NCBI GenBank assembly: GCA_024655825.1
Contig: JANLFJ010000016.1
Location: forward strand, 1,086-65,085
Direction of reading: 5' to 3'
DNA from: Peptococcaceae bacterium
GTDB lineage: Bacteria; Bacillota; Peptococcia; DRI-13; PHAD01
Length of the DNA: 64,000 nucleotides
In this document: positions 8,360 to 16,750 of the stretch, piece by piece
Position numbering within the stretch: the first letter of the stretch is position 1
Layout of the letters: every line of letters starts with the position of its first letter
Notes under the pieces: model-generated
What the model saw: only the letters and a program-made list of their open reading frames with translations
Told to the model about the DNA's origin: nothing
Database searches by the model: none
Made by a program: the position numbers and the translations under genes

Positions 8360-10329
8360 AACGCATCCACCTCCGCCAGGATCTGTTCATTGGTGAATCC
8401 TTTCAGGTTCAGGGCGCCGGAGCGGCAGGCCACAGTGCACGCCCCGCAGCCCTGGCAAAGACCCGTGTTAACGGAGGCCACCTGGCGTTCTCTTGTTTTC
8501 CCGTGAACCCGCTCGGAAATTGTTTTTAATTCTATGGCCTTATACGGGCAGATGGAGATACACAGCCCGCAGCCGGAACAGACGGCCTCGTTCACGGCCG
8601 AAACAACCGGTTCGGTCGGCATTTCCTCCCTGCTCAAAAGGGCGCATACCTTGGCCGCCGCGGCGCTGGCCTGGGCTACGGAATCCGGGATGTCTTTGGG
8701 CCCCTGGCATGTCCCGGCCAAATAGACGCCAGCCGTATGCGTCTCCACTGGCCGCAGCTTGGGATGTGCCTCAGTGAAGAAATCGTGCTGGTCATAGGAA
8801 ATGCCCAGTTTGCGGGCAAGTTCGCCGGCATCCCCGCGGGCGACCATGGCCGTGGCCAGCACAACCATATCGGCCTCCACCTCCACCGGCCTGCCCAGCA
8901 GGGTGTCTTCGCCGCGCACGATCAGTTTGCCGTGGCTCTGGTAGATTTTCGATACGCGGCCTCGCACGTACTGGACACCGTATTCATTGACCGCCCGCTG
9001 GTAGAACTCGTCATAATTCTTGCCGGGAGTACGCACGTCCATGTAAAAAACGATGGCCTGCGAATCCTTGATTTTTTCCCTGACCAGCGTGGCATGCTTG
9101 GCTGTGTACATGCAGCAGGTCTTGGAACAGTAAGGTTTACCCTTGGCCTCGTCGCGGGAACCTACGCACTTTACAAAAACCACGGTTTTTGGCTCTGTGT
9201 GGTCGGAGGGCCGCTTGATTTTCCCCATTGTAGGGCCGGAGGCGTTAATCATCCTTTCAAAGTGCAGCCCGGAAATAATGTCTGGATACCGGCCGTAGCC
9301 GTATTCGCCGTACACGCTCTCGTCAAAAAGGTCAAAGCCTGTAGCCACGACAATCGCCCCGTAGCGAACCGTTTCCAGGCGGTCTTCCTGTGTATAATCG
9401 ACGGCGCCGGTGGGACACACCTTCTGGCAGACCCCGCATTTACCGGTTTTAAAATAAAGGCAGTTCTCCCTGTCAATGACCGGCTTGTTCGGAACAGCCT
9501 GGGGAAAAGGCGTATAAATCGCCTTGCGCGTCCCCAGCCCCATGTCGAATTCGCTGGCAACCCTGGTCGGGCATTTTTCCCAGCAAGTGCCGCACCCGGT
9601 GCACTTGTTCATATCAACCGAACGGGCCTTATGGCGAATGGTTACATCAAAATTCCCCACGTAACCGTCGACTTTTTCCACTTCACAGTAAGTCAGCAGG
9701 TTGATGTTCGGATTGCTGGCCGCATCAACCATCTTAGGAGTCAGTATGCAGGCCGAACAGTCCATGGTGGGAAAGGTCTTGTCGATCTGGGCCATCCTGC
9801 CGCCGATGGTCGGCTCTTTCTCGACGATGTCCACCACATAACCGGCATCGGCAATGTCCAGGGCTGCCTGGATACCGGCAATGCCCCCGCCGATCACCAG
9901 GGCCCTTTTGTGGATGGGGATACTTGACCTGCTTAAGGGTTCGTTCTTTAACACCTTGGCCACAGCCATCTTCACCAGGTCGAAGGCCTTGGCCGTCCCT
10001 TTCTCCTTGTCTTGGTGAACCCAGGAACACTGCTCGCGGATATTGGCCATCTCCAAAAGATACGGGTTGAGACCGGCCTTTTCCAGGGTTTTGCGGAAGG
10101 TCGGCTCATGCATGCGCGGTGAGCAGGAAGCCACCACAACCCTGTCCAGCCTGTGCTCCTTCACGGCATTGATGATTACCTGCTGCCCGGGTTCGGAGCA
10201 CATGTACTTGTAATCAGTGCTGAAGGCCACCTGGGGAAGTCCCCCGGCCATCTTGGCCACTTTTTCGCAGTCAACCGTCTGGGCAATGTTGGTTCCACAA
10301 TGACAGATAAAAACCCCGACTCGTTTCAT
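8350..10329 (-). CDS. hdrA: Heterodisulfide reductase subunit A-like flavoprotein
   Basis: 659 aa. N-terminal FICHCGTNI motif, FAD fold VIGGGIAGIQAALDIADAG, and several CxxCxxCxxxC(P) clusters (CTGCGTCWEKCP, CGVCQKVCP, CSGCGLCISICP, CQGCGACTVAC). Confidence 0.92.
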   Translation of the reverse strand: MKRVGVFICHCGTNIAQTVDCEKVAKMAGGLPQVAFSTDYKYMCSEPGQQVIINAVKEHRLDRVVVASCSPRMHEPTFRKTLEKAGLNPYLLEMANIREQCSWVHQDKEKGTAKAFDLVKMAVAKVLKNEPLSRSSIPIHKRALVIGGGIAGIQAALDIADAGYVVDIVEKEPTIGGRMAQIDKTFPTMDCSACILTPKMVDAASNPNINLLTYCEVEKVDGYVGNFDVTIRHKARSVDMNKCTGCGTCWEKCPTRVASEFDMGLGTRKAIYTPFPQAVPNKPVIDRENCLYFKTGKCGVCQKVCPTGAVDYTQEDRLETVRYGAIVVATGFDLFDESVYGEYGYGRYPDIISGLHFERMINASGPTMGKIKRPSDHTEPKTVVFVKCVGSRDEAKGKPYCSKTCCMYTAKHATLVREKIKDSQAIVFYMDVRTPGKNYDEFYQRAVNEYGVQYVRGRVSKIYQSHGKLIVRGEDTLLGRPVEVEADMVVLATAMVARGDAGELARKLGISYDQHDFFTEAHPKLRPVETHTAGVYLAGTCQGPKDIPDSVAQASAAAAKVCALLSREEMPTEPVVSAVNEAVCSGCGLCISICPYKAIELKTISERVHGKTRERQVASVNTGLCQGCGACTVACRSGALNLKGFTNEQILAEVDALCL

Positions 10330-10331
10330 CT

Positions 10332-11225
10332 TTACTCCCTCCCGCCCTTCACAGGATGCAAAAGCCCTTTATGTTTCAATAACGGCAGGGCATTGACCAG
10401 GTGCCTGTTGATGCCCAGCTCGCGCGCTTCAAAACCCAGGGCCAGGCCCAGGAGTTCCGTGATATAAAACACCGGCAGGTTGTAAACCGTCCCGTGCTGC
10501 TTCCCTACCTCTTTCTGCCGCATGTCCAGGTTGGTAAAGCACATGGGGCAAGCCGTCACGAAGCAGTCGGCCCCGGCATATCTCGCTTCTTCGTAAATCG
10601 GTTTCAGTATTTTCAAGCCGAATTCCGGGCTGATGGTGGGATGGCCGCCGCCGCAGCATTCCGTTTTATATCCCCAGTCCACCGGTTCGGCCCCTGCGGC
10701 TGATAGCAGCCTGTCCATGCTTACCGGGTTTTCGGGATCCTCAAACTGGGCAACCTTGGGCGGCCGAACAAGGAGGCATCCGTAGTAAGCGGCCACCCGC
10801 AAACCCTCCAGCGGCCGCAGGACCTTTTCCCTGATTTTGGCCGGCCCGATTTCGGTGTAAATGATGTCTAAAAGGCTCCTCACCGTAATCTTGGCCTCGT
10901 ATTTCCGGTCGATAATCTTTTCAATTTCTTCCTTAGTTCGCCGGGAACTGCGGACCGCCGCTTCCGCAGCCTTCAACCGGGCATAACAGGCCGCGCAGGG
11001 AACGACCACATCAAGTCCTGCTTCCTCCGCGATGGCCAGGTTCCGCGCCGGCAGGGCAAGCGCCAAGTTATGGTCGGTGACATGCGCCGATGAAGAACCG
11101 CAGCAGTTCCATTCCGGGATCTCCCACAGCTCCAGCCCCAGGGCTTTGGCCAGCACCGGGGCGGACATGCCGAATTCAATCCCGGTGGAAGACAGCGAAC
11201 ACCCGGGATAATAAGCCAGTTTCAT
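10332..11225 (-). CDS. hdrB: Heterodisulfide reductase subunit B-like (two CCG domains)
   Basis: 297 aa. MKLAYYPGCSL start and two CCG motifs (EWNCCGSS, KTECCGGG). Confidence 0.9.
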   Translation of the reverse strand: MKLAYYPGCSLSSTGIEFGMSAPVLAKALGLELWEIPEWNCCGSSSAHVTDHNLALALPARNLAIAEEAGLDVVVPCAACYARLKAAEAAVRSSRRTKEEIEKIIDRKYEAKITVRSLLDIIYTEIGPAKIREKVLRPLEGLRVAAYYGCLLVRPPKVAQFEDPENPVSMDRLLSAAGAEPVDWGYKTECCGGGHPTISPEFGLKILKPIYEEARYAGADCFVTACPMCFTNLDMRQKEVGKQHGTVYNLPVFYITELLGLALGFEARELGINRHLVNALPLLKHKGLLHPVKGGRE

Positions 11226-11794
11226 TTGCTAACACCTCCCTCGGAACGGGCGCGTTTGAAGATTTTTTTTACTTCGCCCCTGTCCCTGACAAGCTCCGGA
11301 AGTATGTGCAGTTTTCCCTTCAAGAACAACGGCAGCCCGTAAAGCACATCCTTAAACGGCTGCAAAGAAAGGAAGTTGAAAAGAACGATCAGGCCGCCCT
11401 CGTGGACACGCCCGAGCCTCTTGACAAGCTGCAAAAATATCCCGTGAAAAATATTGTTGTGTTTATGGGTTATATAACCCCTGGCTTTGGCCTCCAGGCG
11501 CAGAATCTCCATAACGCCGTGGATGTCCACTTCCCTTGGGCACCTGGTTGAACAGGTGTCGCAAAAAGCGCAGAGCCAGATTGTTTTCGACCGGAGAGCT
11601 TGCTCTTTCATACCAAGCTGCAAGAGCCTGATAATCTGGCGCGGCATGTAGTCCATGGCAAAAGAAACGGGACAGCCCGCCGAACATTTACCGCACTGGT
11701 AACAGCGTGTTATGTCGATGCCGTAATGTTCTTTCAATTCCCTGCTGACTTCAGGAGCATGCAGCAGCTCCCTGGATAGATTAACCCGTTCCAT
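11222..11794 (-). CDS. hdrC: Heterodisulfide reductase subunit C-like (4Fe-4S dicluster)
   Basis: Motifs CYQCGKCSAGCP and CAFCDTCSTRCP. I prefer the ATG at 11794 (MERVNLSREL), which follows GGAAGGAAGGAAGAG. The ORF-track start at 11857 adds 21 implausible residues. Confidence 0.85.
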   Translation of the reverse strand: MERVNLSRELLHAPEVSRELKEHYGIDITRCYQCGKCSAGCPVSFAMDYMPRQIIRLLQLGMKEQALRSKTIWLCAFCDTCSTRCPREVDIHGVMEILRLEAKARGYITHKHNNIFHGIFLQLVKRLGRVHEGGLIVLFNFLSLQPFKDVLYGLPLFLKGKLHILPELVRDRGEVKKIFKRARSEGGVSK

Positions 11795-11863
11795 TTTTTG
11801 TCTCTTCCTTCCTTCCGGAAAATTAATGCCCGTCGCTAGACATTCAATTCTACACACTATTAA

Positions 11864-11892
11864 ATTCTACATAATAAAACAGGATATGTAAA
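11864..11892 (-). promoter_or_regulatory. Candidate sigma-A promoter of the hdr-flx cluster
   Basis: Minus strand reads TTTACA-17 nt-TAGAAT, about 70 nt upstream of the hdrC start. It overlaps one copy of a GTAGAATT direct repeat. Confidence 0.45.
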
Positions 11893-11953
11893 CATTATCG
11901 GCACCCGTCGTTCGATAAAAATATCCGTCACGGCGCTTGCCGGTCAGGTTCTC

Positions 11954-13201
11954 TCAAAAACTGCCGATATTGCCGCTTTGATCAAATGTCAGTTCCATGT
12001 CTTCCCTGGCTATTTCCAGGTGGGTGGCGCTAAGCACGTAATCCCTGAGATTCTGGGACATCCATACTTCATCAAGGTAAAGGGTGTTCTTTATGCGGAC
12101 GATGCTTATCCTATCCTTTTCTTTCTTTAAAGTTTTAAAGGCCATTTCCACCGCTTCCCTGTCGCTGCCGGCAGTGATGGGCACTGCCGCTCTCTGGAAA
12201 TACCCTGTCGTAATCGCGTTAAGGTAAGTCGCCCGGAAATCAATCTTGTCAACCAGTTTTCTGGTGGTAAAGTCTGCCAGCCCTATGCCGTTCGCATTCC
12301 CGTGGGATTCCAGGGAAAGGTCAAGAACCACCAGCCTTTTAATGCGGGGTTTTTCGGGCTCGGGCAAACCGTCGATGCGCCACCGGCCAATGACGTTGCT
12401 GTCCATGCCGGTGCCGCTGTAGTTTTTGCCCATTTCGTCCACAATTAACAGGTCTATCTCTTCCACAGGCAAAGACGGCCTAAGCCCATCAGACTTTTTC
12501 AGCAGCGCGGCCTCCTGTTCTTCGAATTCAGCAGGTTTTAAACCGTAAAGCCCTGCCGTTTCGTCGTACCCGTTTTCCAAAATGGCGATACCGCCGAGAA
12601 TGTTAACCCGCTGGCTTACAACCCTGGCCAATTCCAGGATCACCTGTCCCATTTCCTCCGGCCCGCAGGAGTGAATGGCCTCAGCCCCGGGAACCCTTCC
12701 CAGGCCAATCCCGATCATTTTTAAAATCCCCGATTCACGCGGGGCCCTAAAAGCCGTGTGTCGTTTTACCCTGTTAACCACTACCACTCCGTCGCATTCC
12801 ACCGCCTCCCTGGCGCAGTACACATCGACCCTGTGTGACGGCGTTACCCCAATTTTTACAACCTCCTCTGAACAGCTTATGGGGCACCCCACAGTACCTT
12901 CTGTAATGCCCAGGCTGGCCAGCACCTTTCTTTGCCCTTCAGGGGTACCTCCTCCGTGGCTTCCCATCGCCGATACAAGAAACGGTTTGCCGCCCAGTTC
13001 ATAAATCCGGCCCGCGATGCGGGAAAGAATCAACGGTATATTTTTTATACCCCTGCTCCCGGCAGTGATGGCGACCCTGTCGCCCTTTTTGATCGCTTTA
13101 TCCAGTTCCAGCTTGTCCAACTCCTGGTCCAAACGCGTCGTGATGTTTTCAACCCTGTCCCCGGGAAATTTTTGTCTCACTTTCATGAATCTGGGATACA
13201 T
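11954..13201 (-). CDS. Distant LarA-like/DUF2088-type domain protein (function unknown)
   Basis: About 415 aa from MYPRFMKVRQKF. Segment order (ITAGSRGIKNIP...AMGSHGGGTPEGQ...VNRVKRHTAFRAP) parallels LarA N-domain blocks only loosely, so the family call is tentative. The ORF-track N-terminal extension to 13288 overlaps the upstream terminator. Confidence 0.4.
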   Translation of the reverse strand: MYPRFMKVRQKFPGDRVENITTRLDQELDKLELDKAIKKGDRVAITAGSRGIKNIPLILSRIAGRIYELGGKPFLVSAMGSHGGGTPEGQRKVLASLGITEGTVGCPISCSEEVVKIGVTPSHRVDVYCAREAVECDGVVVVNRVKRHTAFRAPRESGILKMIGIGLGRVPGAEAIHSCGPEEMGQVILELARVVSQRVNILGGIAILENGYDETAGLYGLKPAEFEEQEAALLKKSDGLRPSLPVEEIDLLIVDEMGKNYSGTGMDSNVIGRWRIDGLPEPEKPRIKRLVVLDLSLESHGNANGIGLADFTTRKLVDKIDFRATYLNAITTGYFQRAAVPITAGSDREAVEMAFKTLKKEKDRISIVRIKNTLYLDEVWMSQNLRDYVLSATHLEIAREDMELTFDQSGNIGSF

Positions 13202-13265
13202 AATCTCACCACACCGGCATTTTTTCACTCTATAAGTATCACGTAAAACACGACTAATTTCAACA

Positions 13266-13293
13266 CAAAAAACGGTCCTTTCGGGCAAGGACC
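13266..13293 (-). terminator. Rho-independent terminator after the PBP gene
   Basis: Minus strand reads GGTCCTT-gcccga-AAGGACC followed by GTTTTTTG. Confidence 0.75.
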
Positions 13294-13313
13294 GCCTTCT
13301 TCATCGCTTTTTA

Positions 13314-15044
13314 TCATTCTGCCAGGCTCAAAATTCCTTCCGCCACCTCTTTGAAAACAGGCGCAGCCGTTTCGCCCCCGCGCAGGCCGGTGCTGGTTCC
13401 GACGGCGTTTTCTTCCACCATGACCGCTATCGCCAGGCGGGGGTTATCAAGAGGTGTGAACCCGGCAAACCAGGCAATCACTTTTTGGGAATCATTAGCC
13501 TGGGCTGTGCCTGTCTTTCCCGCCGTGCCTTTCCCTTCCAGCCAGGCCGGACGGCCAGAACCGCTTTCTGCGGCAGCTGCCAGGGCATCCACCAGGAAAT
13601 CACAGGTCTTTTTGCTTATTACCTGTAGAGGGGGACTGCCAGGAAACTGGTGGATGACTTCGCCCTGGTAATTGCGAATTTCAGAAACAACCCGCCAGGG
13701 GCGGTAATACCCGCCGCGAGCGATTGTCGCATAGAGGTTGGCTATCTGCAAGGGGCTCACCAGGACTCCCTGCTGCCCGATTGAGGCGTTGCCCACAAGG
13801 GCGGGAGGCGACTGGCTGTTGATATTCACGGTAAACCCCAGTTTGGAAGCGTACTCCGCCAGCTTTGCACCGCCCAGCCTCAAACCCAGCCCCACAAAAG
13901 TGGTGTTGCACGATTTGCAGATCGCCTCCTTCAAATCAACCCTGCCGTGCGGGCCAAGACACCTGATCCTGGTTCCATCGGCGAAGTCGTGCGTGCCGGT
14001 GCATTCAAAGACCTCGTCAGGCTGGAGAAGACCTTCCTCCAGTACGCCGGCGGCTGTCACCATTTTGAAGACCGAGCCAGGATAAAAAGCTACCCTTTCC
14101 GTCCTGTCGATCAACTCATCGCGTCCTTTAAGATAATTCCCGACCTGGTTCTGGTCAAAGTTGGGCCTGCTGGCTGCAGCCAGCACGTCGCCGCTCGCTA
14201 TGTCAAGGACAACAACTGCACCCCTGACCAGCGACCTGTCCATCACCCGTTCCACGATCTCCTGGTATCGCCGGTCAATTGTCAGGACAAGGTGATTGCG
14301 CCAGGGATCGGCCGTTCCTTCCTGGATTTTATATCCCAATCCCTGCAGCAGCCGCCCGTTGGCATCGGCAATACCCACGATCTTCATCTCCGGCCCCGAC
14401 CCCCGCAAGACCTCTTCATATTTGCCTTCCAAACCAGCCACCCCGATCCTGTCCGTGAGCCGGTAGGCGGTGGGCAAGTTACTGCTGGAATCCGCAGTCT
14501 TCCTCTTTTTTGTGAGGTCCTGCCACTGCTGTTCGCTTATCTTGTTCAGATAGCCTACCAGGTGACTGGCCAGGGCGGCAGGACCGTATCTCGTCTTTAG
14601 CGGAAGAACGGCGATGCCTTCAAATTGAGCGGCCGTTATTTTTTCAACCTCCTCCGGTGTAAGGTTTGTTTTTAACACTACCGGGGAACGGCTGCCGAAG
14701 GTATCCTGCGCGCGTTTGATCGCCGCTTCGGTGTGGCTGGTCGCAATTCCCACGCTTTTTTCAAGCTCCCTTGCCGTATCCCCAACACTTTTTATGCTGG
14801 AGGGAAAGGCGACCAGGGCCGGTCTGATCCCGCTGTCAGTAAGCGACACCAAGTTGCAGTCAAGAATTTCGCCGCGGTAGTACTCCTCTCCCGGCATCGC
14901 CTGCGTTCGATAGCGAAGCGCCCTGGCAGCAAGCGCCGACCCGGAATTATGACCCTCGTACAGCTGTAAATACGCCATCCTCACTATGACAATAAAAAAA
15001 AGAGCCCAAACCATTCCTAGAATATAGACAATCCGTTTGTTCAT
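13314..15044 (-). CDS. Class B penicillin-binding protein (PBP2/FtsI/SpoVD-type transpeptidase)
   Basis: N-terminal TM helix, then SxxK (GSVFKMV), SxN (KSCN) and KTGTA motifs. The ATG at 15044 has GGGAGG 6 nt upstream. The ORF track begins at 15050. Confidence 0.9.
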   Translation of the reverse strand: MNKRIVYILGMVWALFFIVIVRMAYLQLYEGHNSGSALAARALRYRTQAMPGEEYYRGEILDCNLVSLTDSGIRPALVAFPSSIKSVGDTARELEKSVGIATSHTEAAIKRAQDTFGSRSPVVLKTNLTPEEVEKITAAQFEGIAVLPLKTRYGPAALASHLVGYLNKISEQQWQDLTKKRKTADSSSNLPTAYRLTDRIGVAGLEGKYEEVLRGSGPEMKIVGIADANGRLLQGLGYKIQEGTADPWRNHLVLTIDRRYQEIVERVMDRSLVRGAVVVLDIASGDVLAAASRPNFDQNQVGNYLKGRDELIDRTERVAFYPGSVFKMVTAAGVLEEGLLQPDEVFECTGTHDFADGTRIRCLGPHGRVDLKEAICKSCNTTFVGLGLRLGGAKLAEYASKLGFTVNINSQSPPALVGNASIGQQGVLVSPLQIANLYATIARGGYYRPWRVVSEIRNYQGEVIHQFPGSPPLQVISKKTCDFLVDALAAAAESGSGRPAWLEGKGTAGKTGTAQANDSQKVIAWFAGFTPLDNPRLAIAVMVEENAVGTSTGLRGGETAAPVFKEVAEGILSLAE

Positions 15045-15244
15045 ACCCATCCTCCCGGCAATAGCCTTGCCAGGAAGAATTTTTTTTAGACATAATCTTT
15101 ATTCGTCGTCTGCATCAATTAGAACAATATTAATAGGAACTGAAGGAAAATGCCGTTTTAGTCGTTCAATATCATAGACGAGATGCTCCCCATAAGATAC
15201 GCCTGATGACATCTCCTTTTGCAACGCATGGCAAGGGACAATTT

Positions 15245-15436
15245 CTATTCCAAAAAAGGCAACCCGTCCAGGATCTCCCTTATCCCGGCCGCCGTATCCG
15301 GGGTTACCCTGATCACCACCAGCCCCTCCTGGGAATTAACGGTGGATACCACCCCCAGGTGGTCATAGCCCTCGATAATCCTGGTCAGAAATGAAATTTT
15401 CTCCCGCGGCACTTTAATATAAATCTCATTATCCAC
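15245..15436 (-). CDS. DUF4911 domain protein
   Basis: 63 aa (MDNEIYIKVPREKISFLTRIIEGYDHLGVVSTV...). A small conserved protein usually found next to U32 peptidase genes. Overlaps the U32 gene by 8 nt. Confidence 0.7.
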   Translation of the reverse strand: MDNEIYIKVPREKISFLTRIIEGYDHLGVVSTVNSQEGLVVIRVTPDTAAGIREILDGLPFLE

Positions 15437-16652
15437 TTTTGGCCCTCCTGACCAGGTCCCACGCTTTCAGCTTCTTTTTAACCGGGAAACGGACGACCTG
15501 TCGCGGGTGCGGCGCCGTCTCCAGGCGATTTCCCTCTTCGTCGGTCATCACTTCCAGCTTTTGAGAAAAAAGCGGAGTTTGAGGCCCCGTGAATTCCAGC
15601 ACATCGCCTGTTTTGAAGCTGTTGCGCTGTTCCACTGTAGCCCAGCCGGTCTGCGAATCGTAATCCAGGACGAGGCCGATAAAATCATACGAGCGCCGGT
15701 AGGAAGAAGACGCATAATTGTGGTCATCTGTCCCCGGCCTCCCGAAGAGGAAACCCGTAGTGTAGTCACGGTGACTCACCTTGGTGACCTCTTCATACCA
15801 GGCAGGATCGAAAGAATAGTTTTCAGGGTCTTGATAGTAAGCATCAAGCGCCCGGCGGTACGCCATCACGACGGTAGCCACATAATGTATGCTCTTCATT
15901 CTCCCTTCAATCTTTAAGCTGTCCACCCCAGCTTCAATCAGGCGGGGAAGATGGCGAATGAGGCATAGGTCCTGGGAATTGAAGATATATGAACCCCTTT
16001 CGTCTTCGTGTATGGGGTAGTACCTTCCCGGTCTCTTTTCCTCCACCAGAGCATAATTCCAGCGGCATGGCTGGGCGCATTCCCCTCTGTTGGCGTCCCT
16101 TTGAGCCATGTAATTGCTGAGCAGGCACCGCCCCGAATAAGAGATGCACAACGCCCCGTGGACAAAAACCTCCAGCTCGGTTTTCACCCTGCTCCGGATT
16201 TCCCTGATCTCTTCAAGAGAAAGCTCACGGGCCAGGACAACCCGCTTTATTCCCTGGCTTTCCCAAAAGTTCGCCGCAGCCCAGTTGGTGGTATTAGCCT
16301 GGGTGCTCAAATGAACCGGCAGCCTGCTCTTCATTTCCTGGGCAATCATCAACACCCCGGGGTCGGAAACAATAATCCCGTCCACTCCAATATCTTCCAA
16401 CTCTTTTAAGTAAAAGGGAAGCCCGTACAGGTCGCCGTTACGGGCAAAAACATTAACGGTCACATAGACCCGGGCTTTTTTCCGGTGGGCGAACTCAACA
16501 CCCTCCCTCATCTCTTCCCCGGTCAGGTTGCCGGCAGCGGCCCTAAGCCCGTAAGCCTTACCGCCAACATATACGGCATCCGCCCCGTAATGAACGGCGA
16601 TCTTCAGCTTTTCCAGGTTTCCAGCCGGCGCCAGGAGTTCGACCTTTTTCAC
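15429..16652 (-). CDS. Peptidase U32 family protein (YrrO/PrtC-like)
   Basis: 407 aa. MKKVELLAPAGNLEKLKIAVHYGADAVYVGG is a typical U32 N-terminus. GTG start sits 8 nt after AAGGAGA. Syntenic with B. subtilis yrrO. Confidence 0.9.
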   Translation of the reverse strand: MKKVELLAPAGNLEKLKIAVHYGADAVYVGGKAYGLRAAAGNLTGEEMREGVEFAHRKKARVYVTVNVFARNGDLYGLPFYLKELEDIGVDGIIVSDPGVLMIAQEMKSRLPVHLSTQANTTNWAAANFWESQGIKRVVLARELSLEEIREIRSRVKTELEVFVHGALCISYSGRCLLSNYMAQRDANRGECAQPCRWNYALVEEKRPGRYYPIHEDERGSYIFNSQDLCLIRHLPRLIEAGVDSLKIEGRMKSIHYVATVVMAYRRALDAYYQDPENYSFDPAWYEEVTKVSHRDYTTGFLFGRPGTDDHNYASSSYRRSYDFIGLVLDYDSQTGWATVEQRNSFKTGDVLEFTGPQTPLFSQKLEVMTDEEGNRLETAPHPRQVVRFPVKKKLKAWDLVRRAKSG

Positions 16653-16750
16653 GGCACCCGTCTCCTTACAATGGCCGCGAGACTGTTCAACACTTTATCC
16701 CTCCATTTTATGAAGAACATCTCCCGCTCAACTTTCATTTTGACCCCAAA

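Noticed and set aside
8737-9927. 396-aa plus-strand ORF, the longest on the plus strand
   Set aside because: It lies entirely antisense to hdrA, whose motifs are unambiguous. Its translation is low-complexity (Gly/Arg/His/Val-rich) with no recognisable motif or SD. It is a typical shadow ORF of a GC-rich gene.
7901-10329. Selenocysteine (in-frame UGA) in MvhD/HdrA, as occurs in some anaerobes
   Set aside because: Both ORFs are full length with Cys at the expected motif positions. No in-frame TGA read-through is needed.
11795-11953. Rex operator upstream of hdr-flx
   Set aside because: I searched both strands by eye for TTGTGA/TTGTTA-N6-TCACAA/TAACAA and found no match.
15099-15212. 37-aa minus-strand ORF (MSSGVSYGEHLVYDIERLKRHFPSVPINIVLIDADDE) in the gap between DUF4911 and the PBP gene
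   Set aside because: The only SD-like sequence (AAGGAG) abuts the ATG with zero spacing, and I recognise no family. It may be worth a conservation check but is not supportable from this sequence alone.
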